From NCBI GenBank assembly GCA_030248215.1, contig JASANG010004131.1, forward strand, positions 186,001-250,000: DNA of 64,000 nt, given 5' to 3'. The notes beneath the pieces are model-generated. The model was not told the DNA's origin. It worked only from the letters and a program-made list of their open reading frames with translations, and did no database searches. A program made the position numbers and the translations under genes. Of the stretch, positions 17,902-31,400 are shown one piece after another (the first letter of the stretch is position 1; each line of letters opens with the position of its first letter). Origin of the DNA: Enoplolaimus lenunculus. Lineage: Eukaryota.

Positions 17902-18159
17902 ATCGTTTCAGTGAGATCATAACATATAAAACGTATAAATTTATTAAGGAATATTATTCAGCAAAATATAAAAGTTTCACCGACAACGTAAAACAAAAGT
18001 CAAAGTCGCAGCATTTGTCCCCGCCACTCTTTTCATCAGATCGCGACCACCTTCCTGCTTTTTTAATACGAATAATATAATTTTACAGCTGGTTGCGATT
18101 TGTATATATACAAAACAATTTTTAACCGATTCACGTTGCAATATTTCAAATATTCCATG

Positions 18160-18781
18160 CAGGGTGCAACCGGAATTATAAAATGCCGGAATCGGAAAGT
18201 TGAAAAAGTACCGGAACCGGAGCCGGAACCAGACGACAAAAAATACTTTTTACTGAAAAATTCATTTTAACGCTATTTTGTCGGTGCAACCGGAATATAA
18301 AATGCCGGAATCGGAAAGTTGAAAAAGTACCGGAACCGGAGCCGGAACCAGAGAACAAAAAATACTTTTTACTGAAAAATTCATTTTAACGCTATTTTGT
18401 CGGTGCAACCGGAATATAAAATGCCGGAATCGGAAAGTTGAAAAAGTACCGGAACCGGAGCCGGAACCAGAGAACAAAAAATACTTTTTACTGAAAAATT
18501 CATTTTTAACGCTATTTTGTCACTTTTATGGTGTAAACAAACCATTTAGAATGCCTAAATCCGGAAACGAATGTAGTAGCTGGAAACGTAAATTATGGGG
18601 TATGGTACAGGTTGACAATTTTGGCAATACACACTCAGACAATTTTAGAAAAACAAGTTAGAATAATATACCATTTTCAATACCAAAAAACTCCGGTAAA
18701 AAATACCGGATTTGTTACCGGAACAGGATAGTGAGAAATACCGAATGTCTTTACCGGAACCGGAATTCCGGTTCCACCCTG
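18160..18781. mobile_element. hAT-like non-autonomous element with its left ~120 bp triplicated
   Basis: Ends CAGGGTGCAACCGGAATT and AATTCCGGTTCCACCCTG. Three near-identical ~119-120 bp units span 18163-18521. Related ends at 4661, about 16125, 31056, 52803-52935 and 62069-63004. Confidence 0.75.
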
Positions 18782-19050
18782 ATTCTTGATTAAAACTGCA
18801 ACATTATTAGCATAAGCACATATCAGGATAAACGGGGTTTCACTGGTTTTATCGAGTTCGAGCCAAAAGTCCTATAAATCTCAATGCCATTAGTATAGAA
18901 ATGAGCAAAGGTGAAAATTTGGTTGAACGCAACCATACACAAAACATTCGCGCCGTGCTGTTACATTTCGCATTTGCACTGATCGCAATTTGGCCAGCAC
19001 ATAACGGCAAAACTCTCACAATAGCCATAATCCAAAACTATAGACGAATC

Positions 19051-19250
19051 GGCCAAAGTAAAGAACAGGGAAGGAACAGTATTATATATAAGCGCATACC
19101 TAAGCCTAAGCCTCAGCCTAAGCCTAAACGTAAGAATGAGTTTGCTCCTAAGCCAAAGCCTAAGCGAAGCAAAAATATAAGTCTAAAGCTTAAGCTTACT
19201 CTATTCTAGTCCCATAGAAAAACGTTTCGCCCTTGATCTTTACATGGGCC
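19051..19250. mobile_element. Merlin-like TTAGGC-bearing MITE
   Basis: Ends GGCCAAAGTAAAGAACAGGG and CCTTGATCTTTACATGGGCC. Flanks GACGAATC and GACAAATG match 6/8. (CCTAAG)n inside. Confidence 0.82.
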
Positions 19251-19429
19251 GACAAATGTTACAGTTCTGTGATATCGCTTATCGCCATCCTCGTACAAAT
19301 CACGCCTTCACAGGTTTTTGATATTCTGTCGAAATGCAGTTAAATATCCCGGTTCGATTTGAAGTCCAAGATAAAGGTATAAAACCTAATTGGATAACCA
19401 AATCGATAACGCTGTAGCATCGTTTAACC

Positions 19430-22400
19430 TCACACAAACCACTCTTTTACTGGTTTTCGATACCCTGGCGACGTACCGTTACATTTTGCGCTTCCATTAA
19501 TCGAACTTTGGACAGCATTGCCTGGCGGATAAATTGTGGCGCCTCGTTGCGCATCGTCAGCCACAACTAATTCGTTTCCAGCTGCAGTTGCAATCAAATG
19601 CTGATACGATTTAATATCTTCACCGCCCCCACCATGCGCTTGCGCGTCATAAGGCCTCCGTTTACATTTACACGCCAAAAATATCAACAAAAATATTACA
19701 ACAACTGCGCCAACGGAAATTCCAACAATCAACGAAGTGTTCGTTTCACTGGATTGTTTGGCCGGTGGTGGCCCACCTGGTTGTCCACGTGAATCCGTAC
19801 TGTCGCCGTCTAAATTTTCACCGGTTTCACCGCCGTTCGACGAATATATCGGGGTTAGTTCTGGTTTTGGAGCTGGGGGTACGTTTGGTGGCCGGGTATA
19901 CTGTTCGCCGCCGCGTGTCGGTTTTAATTTCGGTGAGGTATGTGCAGGTTGAAAGATTTGTAGACCACTGGTATCCGAAGTTACGTCTTGAGGCGATCTC
20001 GATGGGGCAATCGAGTGGTGTTGCGTCGACGCAATTGGCGATGAAGTTGCGTATGGTATTATTAATGCTGAAATAGCAAATGAATTACGATTATTTAAAT
20101 CGCGTCACCAAATCAAAAAGTGACCGACAATTTTTAATCAGAACTGAGCCAGTTTTTGTAGGTAAACAAGCCTGTGATAGCAGGACGACGATTCGTTCAA
20201 TGTTTTTCAAACATTGAGATCCAATAAATATTATATATAGTACTGTAGTGACCCGAATAAGAGCGGGTTAATAAGAGAGTGGGTCTCCATTTTGAGTCCC
20301 AATCTATTGGAGTCCGTATCCGTAATAAGAGTCCGTAAGCGGACAGAGTCAAAGTCCGCAAATGTTAATTATTCCTAATTGTACTGCATAAATAACTCCA
20401 GGACCAAATAAAGTTGAGTTCGAAACTTTAAAGCATGTTTAAGTTTTGAAAATACATTCCCAGGTATAACCATGCATTACCGCTCAATATTTTGATACAA
20501 AATAAACGTTTGATTCAACGGATACTTGCAATACCGCATATATCAGTACAAAGGGCGGTGGATGGAGGGTTAACAAAATATAACAGTCCGTAACCGAATA
20601 ACAGGGGTACCCTCTGGAGAGGCCAAATAAATATCGATCACCCTATTCGGGTCACTACAGTCGTTCTTTAGACTTATGAAATGGAATGGACGACATGAAG
20701 GAGAAAAAGTTGTTACCAACATCATCTTTCTGTAAAGACACTTTGAAACATAACGAAACAGCAACCTAACGTTTCGATTCGCGCAGTTGGCGGAGTTCAG
20801 TGGTTTCCAGACCCTATCCTGCCTACACACCGGGTATTAAGTTGGGCAACACGGTATCGCGACAATTCGTCGCCCGACAACTCGTCGACGGACAACTTAT
20901 AATCAGAAATCTCATCCATTCGACAATTTGTCGAAATTCAGTATGTTTATGTTTAGGCGTAGCCTTAGGATTAAGCTTATTATTATTATGCACAGGCTTA
21001 GATTTAATGATAAAGCAATGTTGGGCGACAAGTTGTCGGGCGACGAATAGTCGTAGACTCAGGAAACACTCCGCCAGAATGCTTGTGTCCACAAACACTT
21101 TTCGTGGCATTCGTCATTTAAAAAACTTAACAGCAAATAAAGGAAATTGACATTGCGCGTTCTAATCAATCATATCATTTAGAAAAAAATAGAATAAACA
21201 TCATTGCTTTACGCCACGTGTTCGTAAACAGTCAACAAAATTAATGAGCCAATAAATTTTCGACTTTTGACTGAAAGTAAACATAATGTCATAGCTAGCG
21301 GAAACCTTTACAAAATTTATAAATAATTAATTGATTTTTACTTACATTTTTATTAATTTATTACATAAAACAATATTACAAACTCCGGTTTAATGAACAT
21401 AAGCATACGATAAGTAAGTAGACAAGAGTGTATCGAAGTTTTCATTTCTTGAACGTATAAAATCACGTAAAATTAGAAATTTTTTAACCTCTTAAAATTC
21501 ATATCCTAAATCCTGTACAATGTACTTTTTGGTCTTTTAAGAAATTTTAGGAAATAAATTCCTTTATCCCTGTTTGTATTTCAAGAAATATATACACACA
21601 CATATATATATATGTATCTTCTATGAAGTCTGTTTGAGCACCGCCTTAACTTGGTGTATAGGTAAAACCAACCTATCTTAATTAGGATTACTGCAAAAAT
21701 GAATTACAAATGTGTAAAGAAAACTAAGCGGCAATAGAGTTTTTGCATTCAATCGATAACTTTTTCGAGATTCTTTGTTGCTTGAGAGACCAGTAAAGCC
21801 GAAAAGAACCAAACGAAGCATAATACTGTATTGAGCCGAATAACAATGAAGTGATAGTAGTAAGTCAGAGTCCCAATTTTGAGTCTGAATCAATTAGAGT
21901 CTATATCCTTAATCTATAAGAGGCTGTAAATAGAAAGAAAGGTTCCAAAATTCGTTCTTTGTTACTCGAGAGACGATTAACGAAAAAAGGAACGAATTAT
22001 ATATGTTGTATTGAGTTGAATACGAGCGAAGTGATAGTAATAAGTCAGAGTCCCAATTTTGAGTCTGAATCAATTAGAGTCTATATCCTTATATCCCTAT
22101 GCGGCCGTAATAGATATGGTCCAAATTTCCTTATTAGAGTCCGAATTATCAAAATTAGAGTAACATGGATTCTGAATCACCTAAACTTAAGTACAGAATT
22201 TTGTTACTTAAATAGCTATATTCATAGCAGTATACTCAAGTTTTAAAAGTATATTCCAAAGTAACGGACTTAAATCCTACAGAATGCGAATAGTAAGGGG
22301 GATCTCTATGAAAAGGCAGTTTTTATTCGAGTAACTACAGCATAATATAGAAGGGGTTTCAATGACGTAGTTCAAACTAAGAGCGTCCAGGAGGCTTCAG

Positions 22401-25400
22401 ACGTCTACAATTGTTTGATTCAAGTGAACTCATTTTCTAAAATGAATGGTTTGTCTTTTACTGATTTGTAGTCATTTCCAACACAGGGTTCGCTAAAAAA
22501 TCTTTCAGTTAGAGTTAGCTGAACGTATGTACGAAAATTACGGCATTATAATGGTATAACCGCAGAGTATTTTAGGATCGACCTCAATATGCCTACCCCG
22601 TTCCAAAACCATATTACATCGTCAATGCGTTGTTGTCTTACATGAAACCATTTAATCAGGTTCAACTTGATAAAATAATTGTCGACTCTCAAACTCATTA
22701 CAATATTTGGTCAATGTTACTTTTAGGGGCGTAACAGCAGATTAAGCGTATTCCTAAGCCTAAGTCTAAGCCTAAGCCGAAGCAAAAAATGTAATCTAGA
22801 ATCTAAACCTACTCTTTTATAGACCCAAAACAAACCTGGACGCCTTTTAAAGTAACATGGTCCCAATATTCAAAGAAAACGTAACGAGCTTTAAATTCCG
22901 TCCATGAGCACGTTTTGTTCCAGTTTGGCAAAGAACGACTCGTAAATTTAGCAAAGGATATAAGCAAATATGTTTTTTTTGGTTCCAATCACATCAACCA
23001 TATGCCGCTGTATAAAGGTGATAAAAATGCATTTAAGTAAATTAAAACTTGATACCCAAGTGAGTTTCGGTAATATAACTTCATTCTATATAGTGCAATA
23101 GCGTATTGTTAGTTTGGGCCAATGTAAACAACAGGGCCGTAACAGTAGTATAATCGTATTCCTGAGCCTAAGCCTAAGCTTACGCCTAAGCAAAAATTAG
23201 TCTATAGCTTAAGCGTACTCTATTGCAGTCCAGCAGAAAAACGTTCCAACCCTGATCTTTACATGAGCCGTCGTGTGGAATAAATTGGCTGGGTTTCTGA
23301 ATTGTTACTTACGTATTTACTTAAGTTATACTTAAGTAATTACTTAAGTCACTGACTTAAGTAATGAGCAAAAACAAACAAACGCATATGTGAGCCATTG
23401 TCATAACAAGGAAGTAACAGTTTCGCTTTATATTAAGCAGGCTCCAGTCTACAGTTTCAATTAGACCAAGGTTAGTATGCCTGAACAGTTAATTTGTAAT
23501 ATATCAAATTTAATCAGCAACTTAAGTATTTACTTAAATTGTGTACGCTTTTATAAACGAGACAATTGCTAAGTAATTACTTAGCACGTACTTAAGTACT
23601 ACGTTGTACTTATGTAGGGTTTCGGGAACCGAGCCAAAATTTCCAAAGCCAATGCTTTCATGTCACCGGCGCAAAATGAAGGCATTTTAGTCGGCGAAAG
23701 TAGAGAACGCTGTAGCAAAATTTTCCCAATATCAATTAATCTAATTCTACAACAAAGAATTCAAGTTATTATTTTTTACCAGTATTCTAAGATTCGCTGC
23801 TAACCAAAAATAATGAATTGGGACTTAAATAGATTTCAAAAGCTAGTCACTACAAAGGTTAATAATTTCACCGATCGAACTTCTTCATAAATTGGAAGCT
23901 GTTAGGAGTGTAAACTTAGGCTTCAGTTTAGGTTTAGGCTTAGGCTTACTCTTAGTATTGAATAATATTATAAATACTAATGTGTGGTGAGTTGCGGAAA
24001 TGAAGTAAAGTATCAATATATATAAAGGGTTGCGATATACTTTTGTTGACGTCCAGCGTCGTCCGTCATCCGTACGGCGCCTTCCGTCACCGTGCGTCAC
24101 ACGTACGGCGCCGTCCGTCACCGTGCGGTATCGTACGCAAATAACTAACGTACGATAACGTATGGTACGACCGGTGACGGACGGCGTCGCACGGATGACG
24201 GACGGCGCCGTACGGATGACAGACGGCGCCGTACGGATGACAGACGGCGCCGTACGGATGACAGACGGCGCCGTACGGGCGACGCACGATGACGGACGGT
24301 GTCTGATGTCAAGTATAGGGCAACCCTAACCCTATTAAGATTCTTTATAAAAAAAACCCTGTTCATCCAAACTGAACAATTTTCGAGTTGCCATCTCCAC
24401 AGCTAAATTAAACTCAGTTCAAGAAAACGTTTCAGTCACAGGGTAATTTCCGGTTTCAAAATTGACTTTTCATATTTTATCGTTTACATTCATGTCTAGT
24501 GATTCAACGGCATAGTCTAAGCGTATACCATAATATAAGATTCCCACACAAGCCTTAACACAAAATCAGCAACGGCTTTGAGCCGAAAAATTGTTTTTAT
24601 TTTAGTACCGGTTGCAGTGCAACTATTTTAGTTTATAGGTTTTAGATCTGGTAAACGGACGGTAAAATAAACATTTGGTACAATTTTAGTTTGTTTTTAA
24701 TTTAAAAGTGAAAACACCAGTTTCTGTTTTTTTGAAACCATATTTAAACTAAAATGTTATTCCGATTTTTTTCAGAAAATATAAGCGTTTCCTAACAAAA
24801 TTATTTCTTTAAATTTTACTAAAATCAATGGCTCTTGTACACTTTCCAACCATATTAAATTTTAGGGTTTGGCAAAAGTTTAGGCTTCACGATCAGGCAA
24901 AGGCATTTCACAGTTGTACGCCTAAGCCTGTGAGAAGGCAAGTCTAAAAGACCCAAATTATTTTTTCAAGGCTAAAAAATCTAAATGTTATCTCCACAAA
25001 CTGCTCATTTCTCAAGTTTCATATCTAACAACATATCTAGAATTTTATACTTGGTTGAAGTTAATTTTCGTAAATACTAGTTCTCGGCTTTCTTAGTCAA
25101 ACAAACGCGACCTCTACTGTTACCCCAGTTCCTCGCTTTAAATCAGACCCGTAACCGGCTAAATCTGCTGGAAAAAGGAAAATTTTAACGAAGGTTATGT
25201 AAGAATTTCATGTGATTTCACATAACTTTACAAGCGCCCCGAAAACTTTGTTTATAGAAGTAAATATAATACTTTCTGGAAGCTAACCGCCACAACGTTT
25301 TTGCTCGCTTTTTGGCTATGGGACTGGCTTGAGTTTATCAGCAACTACTGAAGCGTCTACGCTCACAACTTCAGAATACAGCACTCTAGCTCTGTAAAAC

Positions 25401-28400
25401 GCGGTTTATCCTTGTTCAGATTCGTTGTTAAATAATACCGTTAGTATCTTATCCTATAAAAGAATACAAAAAGACGGTAAAAACGAAAACAATATATTGT
25501 AAGCGGGACATTATAATTGAATACCGCACGCGCCTTCTTGTAAAGGTGTTGAGGGTTTTTTTCACTGAGCAGAAAAGCCAAATTTATAATGATGCTACGC
25601 AACGCCTTTTTTTATAAACCGCAACGCGTTCGTAGTTTTCGAGGTATATTCGTGCCAGGGGCTTAGCCATATTTGCATCTCTAACATTCAAAACGATATT
25701 CTACAGTCAGGTGCGTTTTTTGTCTCTCTAGAGATTTCGATAGGAGATATATTCCTTTTATTCCTCCCCTTGCATTCGCTTCTGATACCTGGACCCATGT
25801 ATAGAACAGGGCCGGATCGTTTTCCGGCGGGGCTGTAATACAGTCAGTTGAAGCTTTAGACTAACTTTTTTGCTTAGGCTTAGGCCTAGGCCTAGGCTTA
25901 GGCTTAGGCTTAGGCTTAGGCTTAGGCCTAGGCTTAGGCTTAGGAACAGTCTCATCCATAAGCTTAGACTTAGGCTTTGGCTTAGACGTAGGAATATGCT
26001 TAAATACTGTTCCGCCCCTGTTCTTTACATTGGCCGATACCTGCTACAAGCGGCAAAGAAACTAAAAGAAGCTTATACATAATATGCAAAGGCTGAAACT
26101 TTTCACTGAAAGCCTTATGCGCAAGAAAATTCGGCATGAATTAAAGCTTTTGTCCTATGACATCAACGGCAAAGTTTTTCAGTTATGGCATCAGTTAAAG
26201 TTTGGCTTTTAGGAAACTTTGATTTATTTGATTTTTGCTTCGGTTTTCGAAATGTTAAAATACGACGAGTCAGTTTTGTGATTATTCAAGTTGCGTCTGC
26301 AAGTCCTACGGCGTAAAAAAATTTGCACATGCATACTGCAGATGCACGTTGTTGCTGCAAAACCTTACTTGAATATATGAATAAGATTGTACTGCAAGAA
26401 CAGTAAGATATTTCACCGAGTGAGCACGGAATAAAATGATTTTTATGGGGATTGTCGGATTGTGCAACAGAGCTATTATAAGTATGGCCAACAAAAATTA
26501 GTACCAATGGCTAGACCCATATTAAGCTGTGTTATAGATATTTCAAGAAAATTGCCGAAATTAGTAAATAATGTTTTACTAGTGTCACCACTTCTGCTTT
26601 TTTAATATGCTAAGAACCAGCGGCACAACTAGAAACTGTTAGCAGAGTGAGCTACAACATCTTAAGAGAGGGGCATCGACAACGTTTCAGCCGCTTTTAT
26701 ATTTAACGCTGTCGATAAAATTGTCGTCCAAACGAGTCACGAAAATGTCCGTTAGTGGCTACGTAGGCTACTAGTATCCTGTAGTTCTGACCCTACTGAC
26801 AACATATGTCTTCTGCATGACGATATCCAATGTTACTATTTGAAGGAAACAGCAGCGTAAACATATTGCAAGCGGGGTCGAGAGACGCCCAATGTCATGT
26901 AAAAAATATTTTTTACAAAACGCGACGGTGCGCGGTGCCGGACGGGACCGCTAGGGGCGTCTAAACTATACTTTTATTTAGCTCAATCTTAAGGATAAAC
27001 CTAAAACTTACCTTAAGCCCTAGTTTAAGCATTTAGTGTAAAGTTTATTCTTATTTTATTGATGCCGAGCTGAAAAACAAGACGCAGCTAAATGTAAACA
27101 TGGGCAATACAGAATAAAACGTTAGCAAAAGTTATTAAACAACCATATCCAACTCACTTGTGGTTTCGTCCGGTTGAACATCGCATTCTGTGGCGTAGCG
27201 CTCGTCCGATTGGTCACTCTGGCAGTCCCCTGATCCAATAGATGGACCGTCGCCAGAAATGATCAAAGATGAATCTTCACCGCGACTTGGCCATGTATCG
27301 ATTGCGCTCTGAAATTGACAAAACGCTGCGATAAAGGTTACCTTGAAGTTGAAGCCAATCTTTAAACTTTGTAAACTTTAATAAAGCAGAAGGTAAAAAT
27401 TTTAAATGCGACAAAAACACTTGTAAGATTAGTAAGCCGAAGAAAGATGTTCTTCTTTGAAAGAAAGTGACTTCCGGCTAAGCGTTTTGATGAGTAGGTA
27501 AACACAGCGGACGTCAGTTCTCTGCTCCCAATAGTGTGCTATACCGCCCTACAATGGATTATTCTTTGGTATTAAAATATTTAGGAACCCAATGTTTAGT
27601 TGCATAACAAGACAGACAGACAGTGAGAGCAGGCTCGTAGCCAGCTCACCTTGCTAGGGGGGTAAAAAATTTTCAAGACCGTACAAGAGTTTTCAATGAC
27701 TTACAAGCAAGGTTGAAAATTTTCCCATGTGGCGACTGAGTGTGCCCCTGCTCCCCTTCTGGCGACGAGCCCGATTGAGAGGAAGATGGCTACTACAAGA
27801 GTGCGCAAACTGTAAAGCTCTGTCACCCTGCAGGTATAAGAAGGATTCACGACCTACTAGGGGCTGTGATTTGGTGGAGTTCTTGGGGCTAGATTAACCA
27901 AAAAATATCTCAAACAAGGTACCTGCATCATTCGACTATCAATGCTTGGCAACGTTGGCACTTGTTTCACAGCGTTCCACATTGGATACACCGTTGCTGC
28001 CGGATCAAAATGTTGATGATTTAATCTTAAACGATTTAAATATCATATATGTTTATTGGTGGCGAATGGAATATGTCCCGTATCAGCTGTTATAAAATAG
28101 TGTAATTAATTCATGTTTAGTTGTTAATGGCGAATTTTTTTAAGTTATGCGCAATCCACAAATACGTGCGTTCACTGCGTGGAAATAAACATAAAGCAAA
28201 TCCCATATTCGAAATATTAATCACTAAATGTTTAAATTGAAATCAATTTCGGAAACACTTAAGTTTTCTGAAATTCAATTCACCAATAGTTGATTTATCT
28301 CAAAACTGTTGCTTTGACAGTAACAAAGTTCAAACTAGGAATACGGTAATTGAAAGAATTTTGAATTTTCAATATTAATATAGCTCAAATTTTCACTTCT

Positions 28401-31400
28401 GTATTTTTAGCTTAATCCTAAACCTAAGTCTCCCAGTCTCATTGTGCAGGTGGCCTGGTCCTTATTCTTGATATATGCCAAAATGGTTTATAAAAGTAAG
28501 CTTAACTAAACCTAAGGGCATGGGCTTTTGTATCCATATATCCGCATCTTTTGAACAAACAGTTAACATTTATTTTGTAACTGTCAAATAGAAATTGCAT
28601 TTAGTTATCTTTGTACACAAGCATAAAGCATCATGTGTGTGCACAGGCATAAAACAAACAAACAAGTCAATATGAAAATAAGTTATAAACAGAGGTCACA
28701 TAAAGGTCAAATATGTTCAAATGCTAAGGCTATCTCACCGGAAGTAGATTGTTTGCTTCTATGACAGTTGACAGTTTCAGTTACATTTTAATTTACAAAA
28801 TTAAATTTACCAAAACCATTAAAAATATCAAAATCATTTTCCCTTTGTTTGAAAGTTCAATTTTATCAAAACGGAAATTGAAAAGACGGTTTTGACATTT
28901 CAATCCCAGAAACACTTTGAAAATTCATTTTGTGAATTCCGTATAGTACAAAAACCAGGAATCAATTTCCTTCTTCTCATTCAAAAATAAATGCGTTCCC
29001 GAAATTGAAAATTTTTATTTCCACACCGTGAACGCACCTAGTTGTGGATGGCGCATTACTTTCTATAACCTTTTACCGCGCAGGTTATACTATCAGCAAT
29101 TAATAGTGCAAAATAAAGTCAAAATGTGCAATGTTCAACAATTATTACGCGTGTGCATTGTACACAATCTTTCTTAGAGTTGGGAGCACTCTTTAACTCG
29201 ATACGTCAAACTCTTCTACTCAAGCGGTGAGGATAAACGCCTCCAACGGCCATTCAATAGCAGTAGCGTTCGGATCCTAGCTTGAAACAAACCATCAGAT
29301 GAAATAGAAAACGTTCATGCAAGAAACGGTTAATGTTCGCATAAAAACTTCACATTTCGCCGGCCCGTAGCCAGCTCACCTTGCTGGGTGGGCTGCAAAA
29401 GGTTGAAAATTTTTTAGGGAGGGGCAAAATTTTTCGAAGGGCGGTGAGCCCCCCTCCCCCCGGCCTCCATTTCATAATATGGCTACGCTGTAAACGCTCA
29501 CTGGTCACAAACTCACTTTACATCACCGTAAATTCTAACTCGCGGATCTTCACCGGCAGCTAAATCGAGCACTCGAATACCGTTATATGACACACCACTG
29601 ATTAAACCCGTAAAATGTGACGTCATCGCAGACGAGGACCTCGGCTCGCGGCTAAGAGAATTGGTTGATTTTGGCACATCATCGTTGCTTCGACTGTTTC
29701 GACTAGAGGCGATACCAAATTTAATATGGCCACCGAGTTGTATGATAGATTGAAAATTGAATACTTCAAGCTTTTGACCTGAAAATTGCCGTTATAAGCA
29801 CCATAATAAAATATTCATGATCATACAATTTGGTGCCCAGTAGAACATAATAAAATTTCCATACATTTGCAAAGATTCGAAAAAATGAACGTAACGGTCG
29901 AAATGATGAAGGGAGTCATGGAGCCAATCTCCTAAAATTTGTCCCGCGACCAGTAATGCTCAGTAGAGAAAACGCAAACAAAAATTTGCCTAACAGAATT
30001 CTTATCATTCTCAGTTGAAATTATTTTCGTCCAGAGGAGGTGTGAAGGTTCAATTGTGTGCCTGCTCTATGCTCGCCACTACGACTTACCCATCGGAGCA
30101 TAATCAATTGGTGTATTTTCGTCAATCTGCATAGTTGCATTCTTTCCATGTCGTCGAAATTGTATCACATGATATTCGTTATCGTTCGCTGATGTGTTCG
30201 GTTCAGTCAATACATGATTATCATCGCCTACGTTGTATGTTATTCGAATTTTGCTGTTCGCCTGTAACTAAATAATACTGACGTGTAATTTTGGCTTTTT
30301 ACGTAGTTCAATAACTCATTCGCTTGTTGCCGCATTATTTCCTGCTACTGCGGTGTGTACAAGTCGAAACATAAACCAGAATTGAATTTTTGAAAGAATA
30401 CGGTAAAATTAAGTAATTGAGTAACATCTTAAGGGCACATTGTTCATTTCTGGGAAAACTTACAGCTATTTGAGGAATATTGCGCATTGAGTTGTGCAAG
30501 AAACGTAATTTCAAGAATACGAAACTGCAGCATTGTTTTTGACTCGAGCTTAATCTCGGCTCGAGTCATTGCGGTTGAAAATAAAATAACATCACTGTGA
30601 TAGGCCATCTACTCTTGCAAAAAAACGCAAACCAGGCGAAAGCCAGTTTACTATCTGCTAACGTTACCGTTACATATTTTAATATGGTTATGAGTAGCAT
30701 GGTGTAAACGTATAGTAATTATTACGGAAACGGAATGCAGATATTCAAGTATAAATGTTTCAAAGATATTTTGTTTTTCAGCCAACACAACTGCGCTATG
30801 CAAATATTAATCGGGCTTTCGAAAATTTTAAACAATAAAATAGCGGATGCACCAAACGTTTTAAGATTTTGGATGAGTGGCGTAATTTTCATTTCATATC
30901 GAACAATTGCAGCGTACTTGGTATGAAAAAGTGCGAATTTCATACGTGATTTTTAACTAATTTGGAGCTCAAAAATGAGAGAATTTCCGGTATTTCTATT
31001 ACGGATACGGAAACGGACATCGATTTTTACCGGAAACGGATTTCGGTTACATCCTGCTGAGTTGTGATGTGCAGAGCCGGAGTAGTCACCCCCCATACCC
31101 CCATCCGTCAAGGGTCTCCACCTCTAAAGGGGCCCCACCCTAACCGGTTGATATGAAAACCGCCGAAGTTTTAAAATGCGTCTGGTTGCTCGTTTGCTTC
31201 GCTCGCAAGTTTGGTGCTCTCCACGCTGAAGTTTGGGGGGAGCCCCCGGCCCTTGTCTGCTCCGATACTGTTGATGTGGATCTTATCGAATCAAAAATAA
31301 TTTGCGCTACGATGCTATCTGATCCGGATTTTCCATTAGTGATCCGAGATCGGATTCGATGCGATCCACAGCCAGCTCGCCCCGAATCCCTCCGATCCTA

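Noticed and set aside
13140..19429. Neurexin and V-ATPase B as a nematode operon (same strand, adjacent)
   Set aside because: The 6.3-kb transposon-filled gap is far longer than typical intercistronic spacing, and the sequence gives no spliced-leader evidence.
21848..22091. Direct ~63-bp duplication 180 bp apart
   Set aside because: It is an internal duplication within a decayed TA-flanked MITE ending at 22340 and is unremarkable.
25872..25944. Possible chromosome end or healed break at the longest TTAGGC run
   Set aside because: The run is short, enclosed by MITE termini with a perfect TSD, and lies inside an intact neurexin intron.
25758..26082. ORFs with LRLRLR, SLSLSL or PKPKPK runs (also 18901, 45321, 41685, 23885)
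   Set aside because: These are translations of TTAGGC hexamer arrays inside MITEs.
20068..29516. Internal promoter or first exon for a short (gamma-type) neurexin isoform
   Set aside because: Plausible from family knowledge, but I found no convincing ATG-plus-donor exon in these introns. It needs transcript data.
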